NCBI GenBank assembly: GCA_013265495.1
Contig: MU058257.1
Span: 62,001-126,000 of the forward strand
Reading direction: 5' to 3'
Source: Vicugna vicugna
Taxonomy: Eukaryota
Length of the DNA stretch: 64,000 bases
Below the pieces are notes generated by a model. That model was given only the letters and a program-made list of their open reading frames with translations. It searched no databases and was not told where the DNA came from. Position numbers and translations under genes: made by a program. Below are positions 1 through 12,443 of the stretch, piece after piece (positions within the stretch are counted from its first letter, which is position 1; each line of letters begins with the position of its first letter).

Positions 1-71
1 ATTTACTGGAAAAAATCCGCGTTATCGATGGACCCGCGCAGTTCAAACCAGTGTAGTTCAAGGGCTAACTG
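1..71 (-). mobile_element. Tigger2-family (Tc1/mariner) terminus
   Basis: aaaaaatccgcg..ggacccgcgcagttcaaacc..gttcaagggctaactg followed by TA matches the reverse complement of the Tigger2 end CAGTTGACCCTTGAACAAC. Confidence 0.8.
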
Positions 72-73
72 TA

Positions 74-311
74 ATGTGATTTTTTTTAAGTACTGTGCAG
101 TAAAATCTCAACATTTCGAAGAACTGCACAACTCAGTGAACCAATTGTTTTCCAAATGACCAATGAATTATTACTTGTGTTTTAAAAAATCTTTCAGCTT
201 TAACTTCTAACAGTAAATATGCATAAACACATAAACAAAAGCACTTTGGGACCCTCAATAATTTTGGTGAGTGGGAAGAGTTCCTGAGACCAAAAGCTTT
301 GAGAACAGGCG
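74..311 (+). mobile_element. Charlie1-family hAT transposon, 3' end fragment
   Basis: Ends aacaaaagcactttgggaccctcaataatttt...cctgagaccaaaagctttgagaac, resembling the recalled Charlie1 3' terminus. Confidence 0.75.
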
Positions 312-494
312 ATCACGGCTGTTATGCAATAAAGAGATGGAGGTCAAATGAAAGAAATTCTACAATCACGTCAATCTTTCTCCTCTTTAGTAACAGGCCA
401 AAGAGTCTTAACCTTTTCCTTTAGGGAAGAGCTCAGCAATGAACTTCTGTATGCGCTGGGAAAGGGTGAGAATTTTTTAAATCGGGTTTTACTG

Positions 495-904
495 ATGCAG
501 AAATCAAATACAGAAACCAGCCTTAAAAGTTCCCTGAGCAGGCAAAATCAATTCAGTCAAAACTCAATTTAGCTTATTTTCCAAGACTAACTTAACCTGG
601 GTATTTCCTGTTTATGAGGCAAGGCAAATCATAAACAAAACTTAAGCTATTTCCCAAAAATGATATGAAGTAACCACTAACCAACTCCCTATCATTTTAA
701 GAAAATTCTAATATTCTAACCACTGTGAAGAATAAACAGTCACTGCCTCCCCTTATACGAGCTGCTTTTTAACAACCTACCCCTGAGCCTTATCCCATGT
801 TTTGGTGGGTGAACTGTCTTTTGGGTGCATGCGCGATCCACTTGCACTAATCACTACTTCTGGGATTCGATGGTTTTACTTCAGCTATTTATAAACTTCT
901 GACA
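495..904 (+). mobile_element. Old ERV1-type solo LTR (MER110/MER34-like) in PRPF18 intron 1
   Basis: About 410 bp TG...CA block with LTR-like motifs; family assignment uncertain. Confidence 0.5.
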
Positions 905-1129
905 CTAAAAAGATAGAACTAAAGGCTTCTAAAGAATAATTCTGAGTCTGTCTTTCTTTACGTCCCCGATGGGCACAAACCCTTAGTAAAACGACAGAGG
1001 TGAATGGCCAGAAGAACTGGGGCACGGCCGAAAAATATGGACAGATGGGAGTGAGCATAAGGGACAGTTAAGGGCCGAAAATGGCCAAACTCTGGGTTTT
1101 CCTGTAATTCCCACTTCCATCCCAAAGGC

Positions 1130-1680
1130 TCCCGAGTGACTGCCAAGGGCACAGTGGGTCGAGAGGGAGCCGCTCCAGGGTAGCGGCGGGGCTCTCGCTA
1201 AGCCCGCTGCAGCGAGGACCCTTTCGGTACCGCTCCCCCCGCCCCTCCCCTACGCAAACACTCAGCTCCTCCATCGCCAACGCCCCAGACCCCCAGGATC
1301 CTCACCACCAACAGGTTCCTGTCCTCCACCAGCTGCCGCTTCCGGAGGATTTCCGATTTCAGAATGTCCATCTTGCTGCCCGCGTTTAAGCTAGAGCTTC
1401 CCCTCTCCGGCTCCTAGAACCAAGCCCGCGCACCCAGCCAGCCGCCGCGAACCCACTACATGGAGCCAGCCCCACAACCGGACGACAACAACTGACAGAG
1501 GCCCCTTCCGGCGGAAGCCGGGGTGAGCGAGAGGACGGAGAAGAGCGCCCCAGAGGGCCTGCTGCTGACGAAGCCGCTGAGGATTAGCGCCCCCTGGCCG
1601 CGCCCTCCCGCGGCTCGCTTTTGGCTTCCACTGGTAGAGCGACGAACGACGGTGGACTGAAACGGGAGTCTTCTGAAGCC
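1130..1680 (-). promoter_or_regulatory. PRPF18: PRPF18 CpG-island promoter / 5' UTR
   Basis: GC- and CpG-rich block around exon 1 in an AT-rich background; inverted ETS/GABP-type cores CTTCCG-G-CGGAAG at 1505-1517. Confidence 0.85.
1306..1371 (-). CDS. PRPF18: Pre-mRNA splicing factor 18, coding exon 1 (MDILKSEILRKRQLVEDRNLLV); rest of gene lies left of the window
   Basis: Reverse complement from ATG at 1371 gives 22 codons matching the recalled PRPF18 N-terminus, followed by a GTGAGG donor at 1305. It lies in a CpG island, and PRPF18 is the known neighbour of BEND7. Too short for the ORF track. Confidence 0.96.
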
Positions 1681-3059
1681 ATGCTGCATTTTTTAAAATA
1701 AGTTTGATACCTAAATCAACTATGGTTCAACTTTAAAAGAAGAAAAAAGTTATTGTACCTGCTTGTACTGCTAGTTCAGGTGCAAAAGCCTCAGCGCAAC
1801 ACCTCAATTATTGAATTAAGGCCAGATCCTTATACAAGAAGTTGACATCAGAGTTCCTGAAGTTACCTGCTTGTCAAAATTTATGTGCTAGAGTGAGAAA
1901 CCCAGAACAATAATACCAACTCATAAGTACAGAGTGAAAGACGTTCATTGCTAGCCTGTGGGATTTCATGTCAACTTAGGCAACTGGATCCATTTAAGTC
2001 ACTTCAGAAGTAAATTTGTCTCTCCTTAGGTCTAGACTGCTTACATATCTTGGTGATAATCGATCATTTACCCCAACAAACTGAGATAATAATCTCTTTG
2101 GTTATGTGTTCAGCAATCAAGATTTTCTGTGAGATGATCAGAAATGTAGTCAGAAATTCTTTTATCTTTTAAAGTCCAATCCAAGAAGAGCAATTAAATT
2201 GGGCAAAAAAAATTATATTAGAGATTTTAATTTTTAAAAGACTCTAAAAACTGTTTACTATGCATTTATTTTTGATTTTATGCCATTGAAACTGTTTTTA
2301 AATTTCTAGTTAAATCATAACTGAAAAATAGCTGACATTTCCCCACTCAAAAAGATAGACATTATTATTCAGTTCAGTTGGTTGATAAAGCAATATAAAA
2401 GACAAAATTTTTTGCTTCAATTTACAAAATATTTTTATTATATCTGTGTGTGTGTTGGTTATAGTTCACCTAAAAGATATCTCACCTTTGCCAGAAATAA
2501 ATCAACATAGGAAGTTAATTCACTCTCTGATCTAAGATGCTTTGCTCATTTTTAGGCTTTTGAAATCTTCAGATATTTTACAAAGAAAAGGTCCTTGAAC
2601 TAATAAACGGTAAGATTCTTACATGGGTATCTGTTTCCTGAGTCACAATTCAATAAGCTAATAATAATTTATTAGCATTTTCCTGATTTAAGGCTTAGAA
2701 ATTATGACACAAGTTGTCACAGGTGATTGTAACAGCAATGGAAGTTTACAGAGAAAGAACAGCTGGCCAGATGGGAGAGAATTAGTGTAAACCGGAGAAG
2801 ACAGGCACTTCTGTAAACAGGCCCTCTTTAAATTTGACTTTCATTGACTTTGCTGTTTATGTAAACATATGCATTAAATCCTGATGAAGGCCTGAGATGG
2901 AAGAATGGGAGAGATGGGTACTTGAACAAGCAAACTGATGAGGAAGCTTTTCAATATAAAAGAGGGAAAAAGATAACCAGGGGAGCTTAGAAACACTCAG
3001 GAGAACCAATCAGTCCTGATTCTAAGGACTCGTATTCATTTCTGGAATATGCATCCACT

Positions 3060-3420
3060 TCCAGCATTATAGTTATTTAAAAACTGAACTACTGGAAACC
3101 ACCCAAATGTCGTAAATGGGGAAATGGTTGAACAAAGTCATAGTGCATCCGCACAGCTGAATAATATGTTCAAAAGACGTTTAGTGATCTGAGAATGCTC
3201 ATGACACAGTGTTTAGTAAAAAAGTGGGATACTAAAGCTAGAAACAGAGCATACAGTCTCCATTTGGTTAAGAAGAGCCTAGAAACCTATAAAAATGATT
3301 GGAAGAAAACATATCAAAATACCAGGTTGTTATCTGTTAAGGGAACTCCAGGCAAGTCTTCTCCTTTATACTGTAATTATACAAATTCCATAATTTGGGG
3401 GAAAAAATTCCAGAGAGCAG
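3060..3420 (+). mobile_element. Ancient L1M (L1ME-like) 3' fragment
   Basis: actggaaaccacccaaatgtc..ggaaatggttgaacaaa is a decayed L1 ORF2-end/3' UTR motif. Confidence 0.6.
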
Positions 3421-3809
3421 TGATTTTCTGTTCTATTTAATCATTATCAAAATTCTTTATAAAATGTTTCAGTGTAACTACTTTAGAAATTAGGTGTGAT
3501 AGAGTTTAAATGATGCCAGTAAAAGAAAACAGAGGATTAGACAAAGAAGAGAATTTTTTAACTTCACACTTATTTAATCAATATTTAAATGTCTTCTGTG
3601 ATCTCTATTCTATATTAGGTTGTGTGGCCTAAACCAAATATAATACATAGTCCCTACCGTTGAGGATGTTACCAGCCAAAAGTCAAATTATGTAAGATAA
3701 ATATGATTTAGTAGTCTGTATGGGACTATTTAAGGTAATTACAGAAATTTAAAGAAGAAATAGTAAAAATCAGAATGTATGTAATTCGTTTTGTTTTGTT
3801 TTGGACAGG

Positions 3810-3930
3810 TTTTAAAAAAAATTTTATTGAAGTGTCATTTATTTACAATGTTAGTTTCAGGTGTAGAACAAAGTGATTCAGTTATACATATGCATACATA
3901 TCTTTTCTTTTCATATTCTTTTTCATTATA
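3810..3930 (-). mobile_element. L1 extreme 3' end (artiodactyl type)
   Basis: ttttattgaagtgtcatttatttacaatgttagtttcaggtgtagaacaaagtgattcagttatacat is the reverse complement of an L1 3' tail. Confidence 0.8.
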
Positions 3931-4072
3931 TGTTCATTTGTATATGACTGATGAGATTATTCCTCTGTTCGAGTAACTCGAAAGACTCATTTCTGGAGAA
4001 CGGAAGAAACACTAGATTTAATCAGAACCACTTGAGTTACTTTTGTTGCTGTCCTAAAGGCTAGAATGTAAA

Positions 4073-4155
4073 CTTTTTTTTTAAAGTACTGAGAATTGAA
4101 CCCAGTGTCTTATGCACACTAAGCATGTGCTCTGCCACTGAGCTACACCCACTTG
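4073..4155 (-). mobile_element. tRNA-derived SINE (camelid Vic-1-like), diverged
   Basis: Reverse complement has A box (tagctcagtgg), B box (gggttcaattc) and an A tail. Confidence 0.8.
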
Positions 4156-4214
4156 CCTGCAACTTCTTTTTTGAAAACTATATAATCTCATACACTGACC
4201 TGCCGTCTTCCGCC

Positions 4215-4359
4215 TGCTTCAGAATAACCCAGAGGACTTTTTGAAACCCGGACTGTGGGTCCCCATCCCCCAGAATGTCTCAGGTTTGTGGTAGAGCCCC
4301 AGAATTTGCTTTTTGAGCAAGTTCCCAAGTGAGAGGGGACCACACTTTGAGAACCACTG
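4215..4359 (+). mobile_element. MER5A hAT MITE
   Basis: cagaataaccc...cccagaatttgc...caagttccca...ggaccacactttgagaaccactg terminal motif. Confidence 0.8.
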
Positions 4360-5164
4360 ATCTAATATATTAATTTGGAATCCCTCGCGGGGAGGTGAGA
4401 GTGACGGGGTTGAGTCAGAAATTTGGTCTGCACGGGGTCCTGATAAACATCAGACGAGAGGGAGCCGTGTTAGTGTCTGCTGCAGGGTCATGGGCACCCA
4501 CCCACCCACTGGGGTGCTTCTGGAAACTTCTAATAGACCGGGCAGTCCCCCTTTGCACCTAGCCACATTCATAGGCCTGCTTCGTGTGGTCTCACCCGGG
4601 GCGGGTACCTGACCTAATCTGGGCCAGAGTCTATTCCATAGAAAGCGGACATTGGAATGGAGCCAGTCTTTGCACGAGCAGGAAGTGTGAACTTGAGAGT
4701 CGTGGACACCATCTAACAGGCCTGCTGGGGCGAGACCAGTGCAGTCTGACTGGCAAGAGCCCACTGCTCAATCTTCAAGAATTTTATGAGTCAGCTGTTA
4801 AGCATAGCCATTGTTAAAAGTTAAGTATTTGTTTACAGTTAGACACATTATGTCATAAACAAAAGTAATAAATACACAGAACCCATTACTAATTATATGT
4901 CTGCATTTTACTGTTATTTATGCTCTTTGATTGGTTATGATCGTTGCATCTTTGTGGTAGAAATACTATCTAATGGTCAGCTTAACTGCACATCTTTTGC
5001 TGACCCCCCACTTGAGGACATCACTTTGGTAGCTTGAAATCAGCCATAATGGGAATATTTACACCACAGAAATTAGTACAGCCTACCAATCTGGACTTGA
5101 TTGATTGTTTTGTTGATTGCCTAAGCTTTACAAAAGTTATGGGGAAAACGTTAATAATACAGAT

Positions 5165-5336
5165 CACAATTTCTCAACCTTGGGCCAGGTAATTCTTTTT
5201 CGGAGGAGAAATGTCACTAAGTCTACCTATTAGATGCCACTAACACCCATTCTATAGTTGTGACAACCAAAAATGTCTTTAGACATTGCCAAATGTCTCT
5301 TGAGGGGCAAAAATCTCTCTCTGGTTGAGAACCACT
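5165..5336 (+). mobile_element. MER20 hAT MITE nested in MER63D
   Basis: tttctcaaccttgg...tagatgcca...gttgtgacaaccaaaaatgtctttagacattgccaaatgtc...ggttgagaaccact; degenerate 8-bp TSD atacagat/acacaaat. Confidence 0.85.
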
Positions 5337-5454
5337 TACACAAATGAAATTTAAAGTGTCCTGTCTGTAGTTGGTACATAGTAAAAAGGACAAAGATTTA
5401 CGAGACCTTATTCCAGGATTTGAAAACCATTATGTGATTCAAAGAAGTCTCTCA

Positions 5455-5742
5455 TCGATATGTTTTGATCATTACGTTGGAAACCAGATCCCTTTTAAGT
5501 TTCCCTAACAAGAAACCATGGAGAAGTAGCAAGAAGACAGTGTCAGGAGGTTTTCAGAAAAAGTATTTTTTTTATCTTTTTTATTCATTAGTAGGTGAGG
5601 GCAATGACAGATAAACTGTTCCAGGCCATAAGATCTATGCGGTCCAAGGTTACAGAAGCTGACACTCTGATTTTCCTCCATCTACTACGTCCTTCATTCA
5701 TTAAAATTAGAAGACATGGTCTTGTTATTAAAAAAAAAACTT
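5455..5742 (+). other. Unidentified 288-bp retroposed insert with a 12-bp TSD
   Basis: agaagtctctca at 5443-5454 and 5743-5754; ATTAAA at 5700-5705; A10 at 5730-5739. Confidence 0.75.
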
Positions 5743-6386
5743 AGAAGTCTCTCAAATCATTGACAACCAAGTGAAGTTCTGACATCCATCTTTGTTGTTT
5801 GCCTTTTGTTTTATTCATTTATTTAAGCAAAAATATCAACCAGTATTCATGTCAGAGCTGGATGCGTTCATCAATTAAGCCACAGGTTGGCTAGGGACAC
5901 AGGTTAGCTAGGAGTTCTGCAAAAATCAGTTAGAACAGTGAGAATCAATTGGCCATATGGAGTTTACAGTAAAGAGTATAGTGTCGTTCATTATTGCCTA
6001 GAAACTGTCCTCTGTATCCTTCGTCTCAGTAAACATTGTATGACTGTATGTGCACACTTCTTTTCCTCCTGAGACCCAGCTTTTAAACACTCGCCAGCAC
6101 AGCACTGGGCATTATCCACCTCCCACATGGGCTTTGCTGAACTCTTCAGTAAAGAATATTGGGATATCAGGAAAAAGAGAAAAACAGATTTTTGAGAAGA
6201 ATCCCGAATGACGGACAGTGAGACTCATTTCCGAAGCCTCTGGATTTCCAGTTCTCTGCTCTGGTTCTTCCTGGAGTCTAGCTGCCATCTCCATACCAAA
6301 AACACTCCTGAATCTACCTTTTTAAGGTACACTTTTTTCACATTTTGATGTTTCTTAATTCAATATGCATTTTACAACCAATGTGT

Positions 6387-6750
6387 TTGTAGCGAGGGCT
6401 GTGTGTTCTGCCCCGGATGCTGTCTTTGGGGCCAAGGCACCCCTTCCTCACCTGCCGGGAACTGGGGGTGGGGGGTGTCACACAGCTGCCTCCCTCACTG
6501 CGCACAGACCTAGCCCCAGCCGAAGTTACAGCCCCTCCCAGGACGGTGCCCACAACTGGAGATCCCAAGACTCCTCAACTTCGGACAACTCTAAAGGGTC
6601 ATTCCAGCTCCAGAGCTCCCCAAGGACCACAGGAGATCTTAGTTGAGACATCTTTGCAGTCTGGCTACTCCCTCTGCCAAATCCTGCCTTCCTCATTTCC
6701 TTACAGACGCGTCTCGAAGAGCAGTCCCTAGGAGACTACAAACGTGCATG
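6387..6750 (+). mobile_element. LTR16-family ERVL solo LTR
   Basis: ggacaactctaaagggtcattccagctccagagctcccc...ctccctctgccaaatcctgccttcc is a typical LTR16 core. Confidence 0.75.
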
Positions 6751-7205
6751 CAAAAAAAAGACACGCTTTGACCAGTAGACACAGGTGCTATGGTTCAGTT
6801 GTTAAGAGACTATTCAATTGGCAGGCTAGTTTTGACATCAGTCATTCTTGTGAATACAATCAGCTGGTTACTCCAGAGCCTGATCCAAGTCTGGTGACAC
6901 AAGCAAAAGTGAATTTAAGGTGGCTAAACATTGAGAAGCAGAGCTTGGATTCTGGTGGGTCTGTAATGTCAATGGCCCATGAAGCCCGGGTTGAGAGGCC
7001 ACTGGACGGTCCCCACTGACATCTTTCTCTCCTGAACTTTCCCGGAGACCAAATGACGGGATAGACCATGCTCTTCGTCAGCCCCCCTTCTTTCTTCCTT
7101 GACATTTCTTGTCTATTCTGGTCTCCCCTTCTGTTCTCTTTGTCCCGTAGCTTTCATACTGTATTACTAGTGGGGGATGTAAAACGAATGAATTAAAGAG
7201 TTCAG

Positions 7206-7690
7206 TGCCATTTGCAATAACATGGATGGACCTGAAGGGTATTATGCTTAGTGAAATAGGGCAGAGAAAGACAAATGCTGTTTATTTTCACTTATATGTG
7301 GAATCTTAAAAAAATAAAACAAATGATTATAACAAAAAAACAGACTCCCAAGATACAGAGAATAAATTACTGGTTACCGGCGGAGATAGGAAAGGGGGCA
7401 GGGTATGATAGGGGTAGGGGATAAAGAGATAATAACTTCTATGTATAAAATAAATAAGCTACAGGAATATATGGTACAGTACAAGAAATGTAGCCAAAAC
7501 TTTATAAACTTTAAATGGAAATAATCTATAAAAATATCAAATCATTATGCTGTACACATGAAACTAATATAATATTGTAAATCAACTATATTTCAATTTT
7601 TTAAATAAATAAATTTAATTATGAATCAACTATACTTCAATAAAAATAAATTTTAAAATTTAAAGTTTAAAAATCAAAAATTAATTTAAA
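7206..7690 (+). mobile_element. 5'-truncated L1 (ORF2 end + 3' UTR)
   Basis: tgccatttgcaataacatggatggacctgaagggtattatgcttagtgaaat...aatcaactatatttcaat plus A-rich tail; gagttcag repeated on both flanks. Confidence 0.9.
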
Positions 7691-8086
7691 AATAGAAAGA
7701 GTGAGTTCAGGAGGAAAAAATCAAGATTAGGAATAAGAAAGGAAAAATAGCCAGGGATCCAAAAAGCATTAGAGGAAGTATGAGAAATCCTACCTGCAAC
7801 TCAATGGGAATAAATTTGAAAACCTAAAAACTAAATATGAATAATAATAAATGATAAATGATGAGCATTAATAAATAAGTACGAATAAGTATGAAAAACA
7901 AAAACTAAATATGAATGATTTCCTAACAAAAATTTAAGCTAGCAAAATTGTTCAATATAAAGTAGAAAACTGAAATAAGCAATTAAGCAGAAAGAAAGAA
8001 AGGGTGACTATAGACCCCCCCATCTTAAGAGGCATCAGACAGAAATTTTCACTGCCGAGATCCGCACAGTCTTTAAAGAACAGATA

Positions 8087-9365
8087 ACTCAAACTTTCTG
8101 GGCTCAGAACCCCTTTCTATTAGTAAAAATTCTTGAAGACCTCAGAAACTCTTTGTTCATGTGAACTATATTTATCATACCAAACACTGAAACAGAAAAA
8201 AATCTTAAATTATTAATCCATTAAAAAAAACACAAAAACACATTCTATGTTACTATAAATGATGTATTTTATGGAAAAATTATTCCAAAAATTCAGAGAG
8301 AAGAGTGGTATTCTTCTACATAACTGCAAATGTCTTTAATGTCTAGCCTAAATAAAGGAAATGCAGATTCTCATGTCTGCTTTTGCATTTAATCTGTTAT
8401 AAAATGCTATTTTGTTTGAAGTATGTAACGAAAATCTAGCCTCACAGGAGCTGTGTTGTTGGAAGAGAGAAGAGCACCTTAATGAGGTAATAGTGGGCAT
8501 TCTTTGCTACTATACTCAAACACGACAAATGGTAGTTTTCTAAAAGTTTGTTGCAGTTCGGAATCTGAAACCATACCAATAACCTTTGCCTACTCTGTTA
8601 CATTAAAACCCATGGGTCCCTCTTGAATTTTAAATGGATCTTTTACTTCTGCATGATTTTGTAACATCACTCAATGGTCATTTAGAAAATATTTCACTGA
8701 TGTATGCAGGTCTTCCAAACGTTGATACACTATAACACATTAATATTTTAAAATTAATGTCAATATCACCTCCTCATTCTCCTCAGAAAGCCATTTAATT
8801 ACAGGGAAGATATTAAGCTTATGGTGGCAGGTACAATTTGCTATTTGTAAGATGCTAATTTTTCCCCAAAGCTCGTGTTGTATTGCTAACAACAAATGTC
8901 AGTTGTTTCCTTAAGTGGCAGGCTCACTTTGTTCATTTGCAAGAAAACGTCTCCCAGATACCAAGTCTGAATAACCATATTCCGTCTAATGGATATTACT
9001 TTAAGTAGTATCCTGTGAAACAAAAGAGCTAGTTCAGCTTGCGATTCAATCATACGTGCTCCTCCTAAAGCTGACGGCAGACTTCAGTACGTGGCCAAAG
9101 GGCTTTATGTGTACTGCCTGTTTCATCACACAGAATATTAAAAAGATGCCTACTCATGTGGCAAGAGTTGATAAAATTCATCATTTCCACTGCTTTACTA
9201 AGAACATTCAAAAAATGTTAAAGTGCATCTTGCTTTCTTGTGGCTGTGAGTCCCCAGGGATGAAGACAATGACTAGCGACAGTTTAGTGCCACCACTTTG
9301 ATTCATGCCAGTGCATCAGTGAACTCACTGTCGCTTTTGTACCTTCAGAGCAAATGTCAACTTTC
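8087..9365 (-). mobile_element. Charlie1/Charlie1a hAT transposon remnant
   Basis: Starts with the reverse complement of the Charlie1 3' end; 9270-9360 matches the reverse of the internal GTTGACATTTGC...GTGGCACCAAACTG segment. Confidence 0.8.
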
Positions 9366-9456
9366 CCAAAAGTAATATATAAATTCCATGTTTCACTTAT
9401 ACTTTTTATGGAGTGGGGTTCTGTAAGAGGAGAAAATTAGCTTAAAGATCATACCA

Positions 9457-9589
9457 GGGAGGGAGGGGATAGCTCAGTGGCAGAGTGTGTGCTTGGCATG
9501 CATGAGTTCCCGGGTTCAATCCCCAGTGCCTCCATTAAATAAATAAATAAACCGAATTACATCCCCCTACAAAAAACAACAACAGCAAA
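9457..9589 (+). mobile_element. tRNA-Ala-like SINE (camelid Vic-1-like)
   Basis: ggggatagctcagtggcagag...gggttcaatccccagtgcctcc, then (AAAT)n and an A-rich tail; flanking direct repeat aaagatca (9444-9451, 9590-9597). Confidence 0.9.
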
Positions 9590-12443
9590 AAAGATCAACG
9601 GAAGTAAACATTTCCAATAACAGTCACAAAAATGGTGAAAAAGTGTAGTGGATTGTTGCTTCCAGCCCGAAGGACTAGCTGCTACAGTGACTGCTGTCTC
9701 AACGTAAACAATTTAGAAAAGTAAAACTTCGAATAAGGAATATTACTAGGGAAAAAGAGGACTATTTCAAATGATAAAGATGTCAGAGAACCTACATTGC
9801 ATGTTTCTAATTCTTCTAAATTTGTTAGACTTGTTTAATGTCCCAGAATGTGATCTGTCCTGGTGCATGTTCACATGGACTTTAAAAGAGCGTGCATGCC
9901 TTCTGACGTTTAGGGTGGAGTGTTACATAAGTTCTAGTTAGATCATGTTAGACGATAGTGTTCAAGTGTTCAATCTTCTATATCCTTATTGATTTTACTC
10001 CATCAGCTTACTGACAGCGATGCATAGAAATCTCTACCTCTAATTGTGGACTTGATTTCTTCTCCTTTCAGTTCTAACAGTTTTTGCTTCATATATTTTG
10101 ATGGTCTGTTATTAGGTACATACACATTTAGGATTGCTATGTCTCTTGATACAATTTCCCATTAATAGATTTCTGTTTCCAGATTTGGGCTATTAGAAAG
10201 AAAGATGCCGGAGCATTTGTGCCCAAGTGAACAAAGGGTTTTATTTTTCATGGGTAAATACATAGGAGTCGAATTGCTGGGTCAAAGAGGGGGATAACTT
10301 TATAAGAAACCACCAAACCTTTTTCAAAGTGATTTTTATCATTTTTTATTCCACCAGCAATTTGTGAGAGTTCTGGTTGCTTCACATCCGCCTCTCAACA
10401 TTTTCTGTCATCATTTTTTATATATTTTAGCCATCACATGGATTTTATTCTGTTTCACTTTGTTTTTAAAGTGGGTATTTATTTATTTTGGAAACAATCT
10501 CAAACTTAAGAAAAGTTGTAGGTAGAGTACAAAGTACACTCCCTTCTGGACCAGTCAAGAGTAGTTACCAACATGTCCCTTACTCCCAGATAATACTTCC
10601 TACAGGAAAGGGTATTTTCCCGCATAATTACAACACCGTCATCAAAGTCAGGAAATTAGCATTAATACGTTACTACTATTTAATCCTTTTACCTCATTTA
10701 AATTTCACCAGTTGTCCCAATAACATCCTTAACAGCAAAATAAGCCAGTCCAGAATCATACACATCCTTTGCATTTATTTGTCATGTCTCTTCAGTCTCC
10801 TTCGGTCTGGAATTTTTCCTCCATCTTCCCTTGAGTTCCATGACCTTCACAATTCTGAAGGCACAGAAGAGTTCGTTTGTAGAACGTCCCTCAGTTTGGG
10901 TTTTCTGATGTTTCCTCATGATTAGACCTGGGTTATGAGTCCTTGATGGGAGTACTGCGGAAGTAATGTTGTGTGTGTGTCCTCACTGCATCCCATCAGA
11001 TGGTTCTGATTTCCATTTGTCCCATTCCTAGTGATGTTAATCTTTGCTCATTGGATTAAGATGATGTCTGCCACACTTCTCTGCTGTAAAGTTACTTTTC
11101 TCCTTTGTAATTAATAAGTGCTTTATGAGTAGGTAACTTGAGGCTATGTAAATATTTGTTCCTCATCTAACTTTCAACTTATTCACGTATTTATATCAAA
11201 TGCGGATTCATGGATTCTTGATTTATTCAATACTTAAATTTGTTACCATTGTTTACTTTGATGTCCCGTTGCCCCAGATTTTGCCAGTGGGGACCATCCA
11301 AGCTGGAGTCTATGTCCTTAGACAGACCACCATTCTTTGGGGATTCCCTTACTTTCCAGCACAAAATACTCCAGGATTATTCTGTACATCCCCTCATATC
11401 AATCATTTCTTCAAAAAACCTTGATTCTTTTTGGTTGAAAATCATTTTCAGAAATGAAGATCAGGCCTCTAGATGTCTCATTGCTATTGGGGTTCTGATG
11501 CTTTCAAGCCTTGTTCGTGGTCAGAGCTAGAAATAATATGGATGTGTGTGTAACCATCTATGGAGATATATATATATATGTCCACATATATATATTGATG
11601 GACCTATATACAGGTCTATATGTATATACATACACATACTACATCTGTATTTATGTGTTCACTTATGTATATTGAAAGCCACATGAATTCCAGCACTACT
11701 GGTACATCAGTTTCCTGTATTTTAAGTTTGTAACTCCCTTCTCTGACAATAAGAAACCTACCTCCCATGATCATTAACACACTTTCTGCTATCTGTTTTC
11801 TATTAGTCAAATTCCTTCTTTGTTCCTCTCTTCCTCTTTTCCTGCCTTCTTTCGGGTTATTTGAATATTTTATAGTATTCCATTTTGATTTCTCTGTTGG
11901 CTTTTTAGCTATATATCTTGCATTATTTCTAGTAATTGCTCTAAAGACTTCAATATGTACCTTTAACTTGGCACAGTCTACTTAGAGTTTGTATTGTACC
12001 ACTTTCTATAAAATACAGCAACTTCTTATGCGATAATTTTATTTACTGCTCCCCCAAACCTTGTAAGTTTTTTTCTCATTTTTATTACATCTACTTATGT
12101 TATACACCCAACAAGAGTTATAGTTTGCAGTATGCAATCACGTGACTTTTCAAGAAGTTGAGAAAACAAAATATGTACATATTCTTATATTTACCAAAAT
12201 ACTTACCATTTCCTCTGGTCTTTATTTCTTCCACTCAATCCAAGTTACCATCTGGTGTCATTCCCCTTCCACTTGAAGAACTCCCTTTAGTATTTTTTAT
12301 AGCGCAAGTCTGCTGGTGACACGCATTCTCAACTTTTACCTGAAAATATCTTTATTTGCTTCCGTTTTTGAAAGATAATTCTGCTGCCAATTCTGGGCTG
12401 ACAGTTTTATTTATTTCAGTACTTAAAGACATTATTCAATTGT

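Larger units (their letters stand above)
4725..6107 (+). mobile_element. MER63D-like hAT (Blackjack) element, interrupted by two insertions
   Basis: Collinear with the recalled MER63D consensus (ggtagcttgaaatcagccat..., gtgaagttctgacat..., ends taaacactcgccagcacagcactg); collinearity resumes after each insertion. Confidence 0.8.

Noticed and set aside
235..8160. Inverted Charlie1 3' ends flanking the PRPF18 promoter as one composite transposon
   Set aside because: Both are 3' ends facing inward and highly diverged; independent ancient insertions are the simpler explanation.
9457..9535. Apparent tRNA-Ala gene (also reverse copies near 4100, 37450, 39430, 39560 and 57060)
   Set aside because: Diverged stems, A-rich tails and TSDs show these are SINEs, not functional tRNAs.
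10488..10925. 145-aa ORF
   Set aside because: Lies in antisense L1 3' UTR sequence, has a non-ATG start and encodes no recognisable protein.
11560..11670. TA/CA-rich stretch
   Set aside because: Degenerate low-complexity microsatellite within L1-derived DNA.
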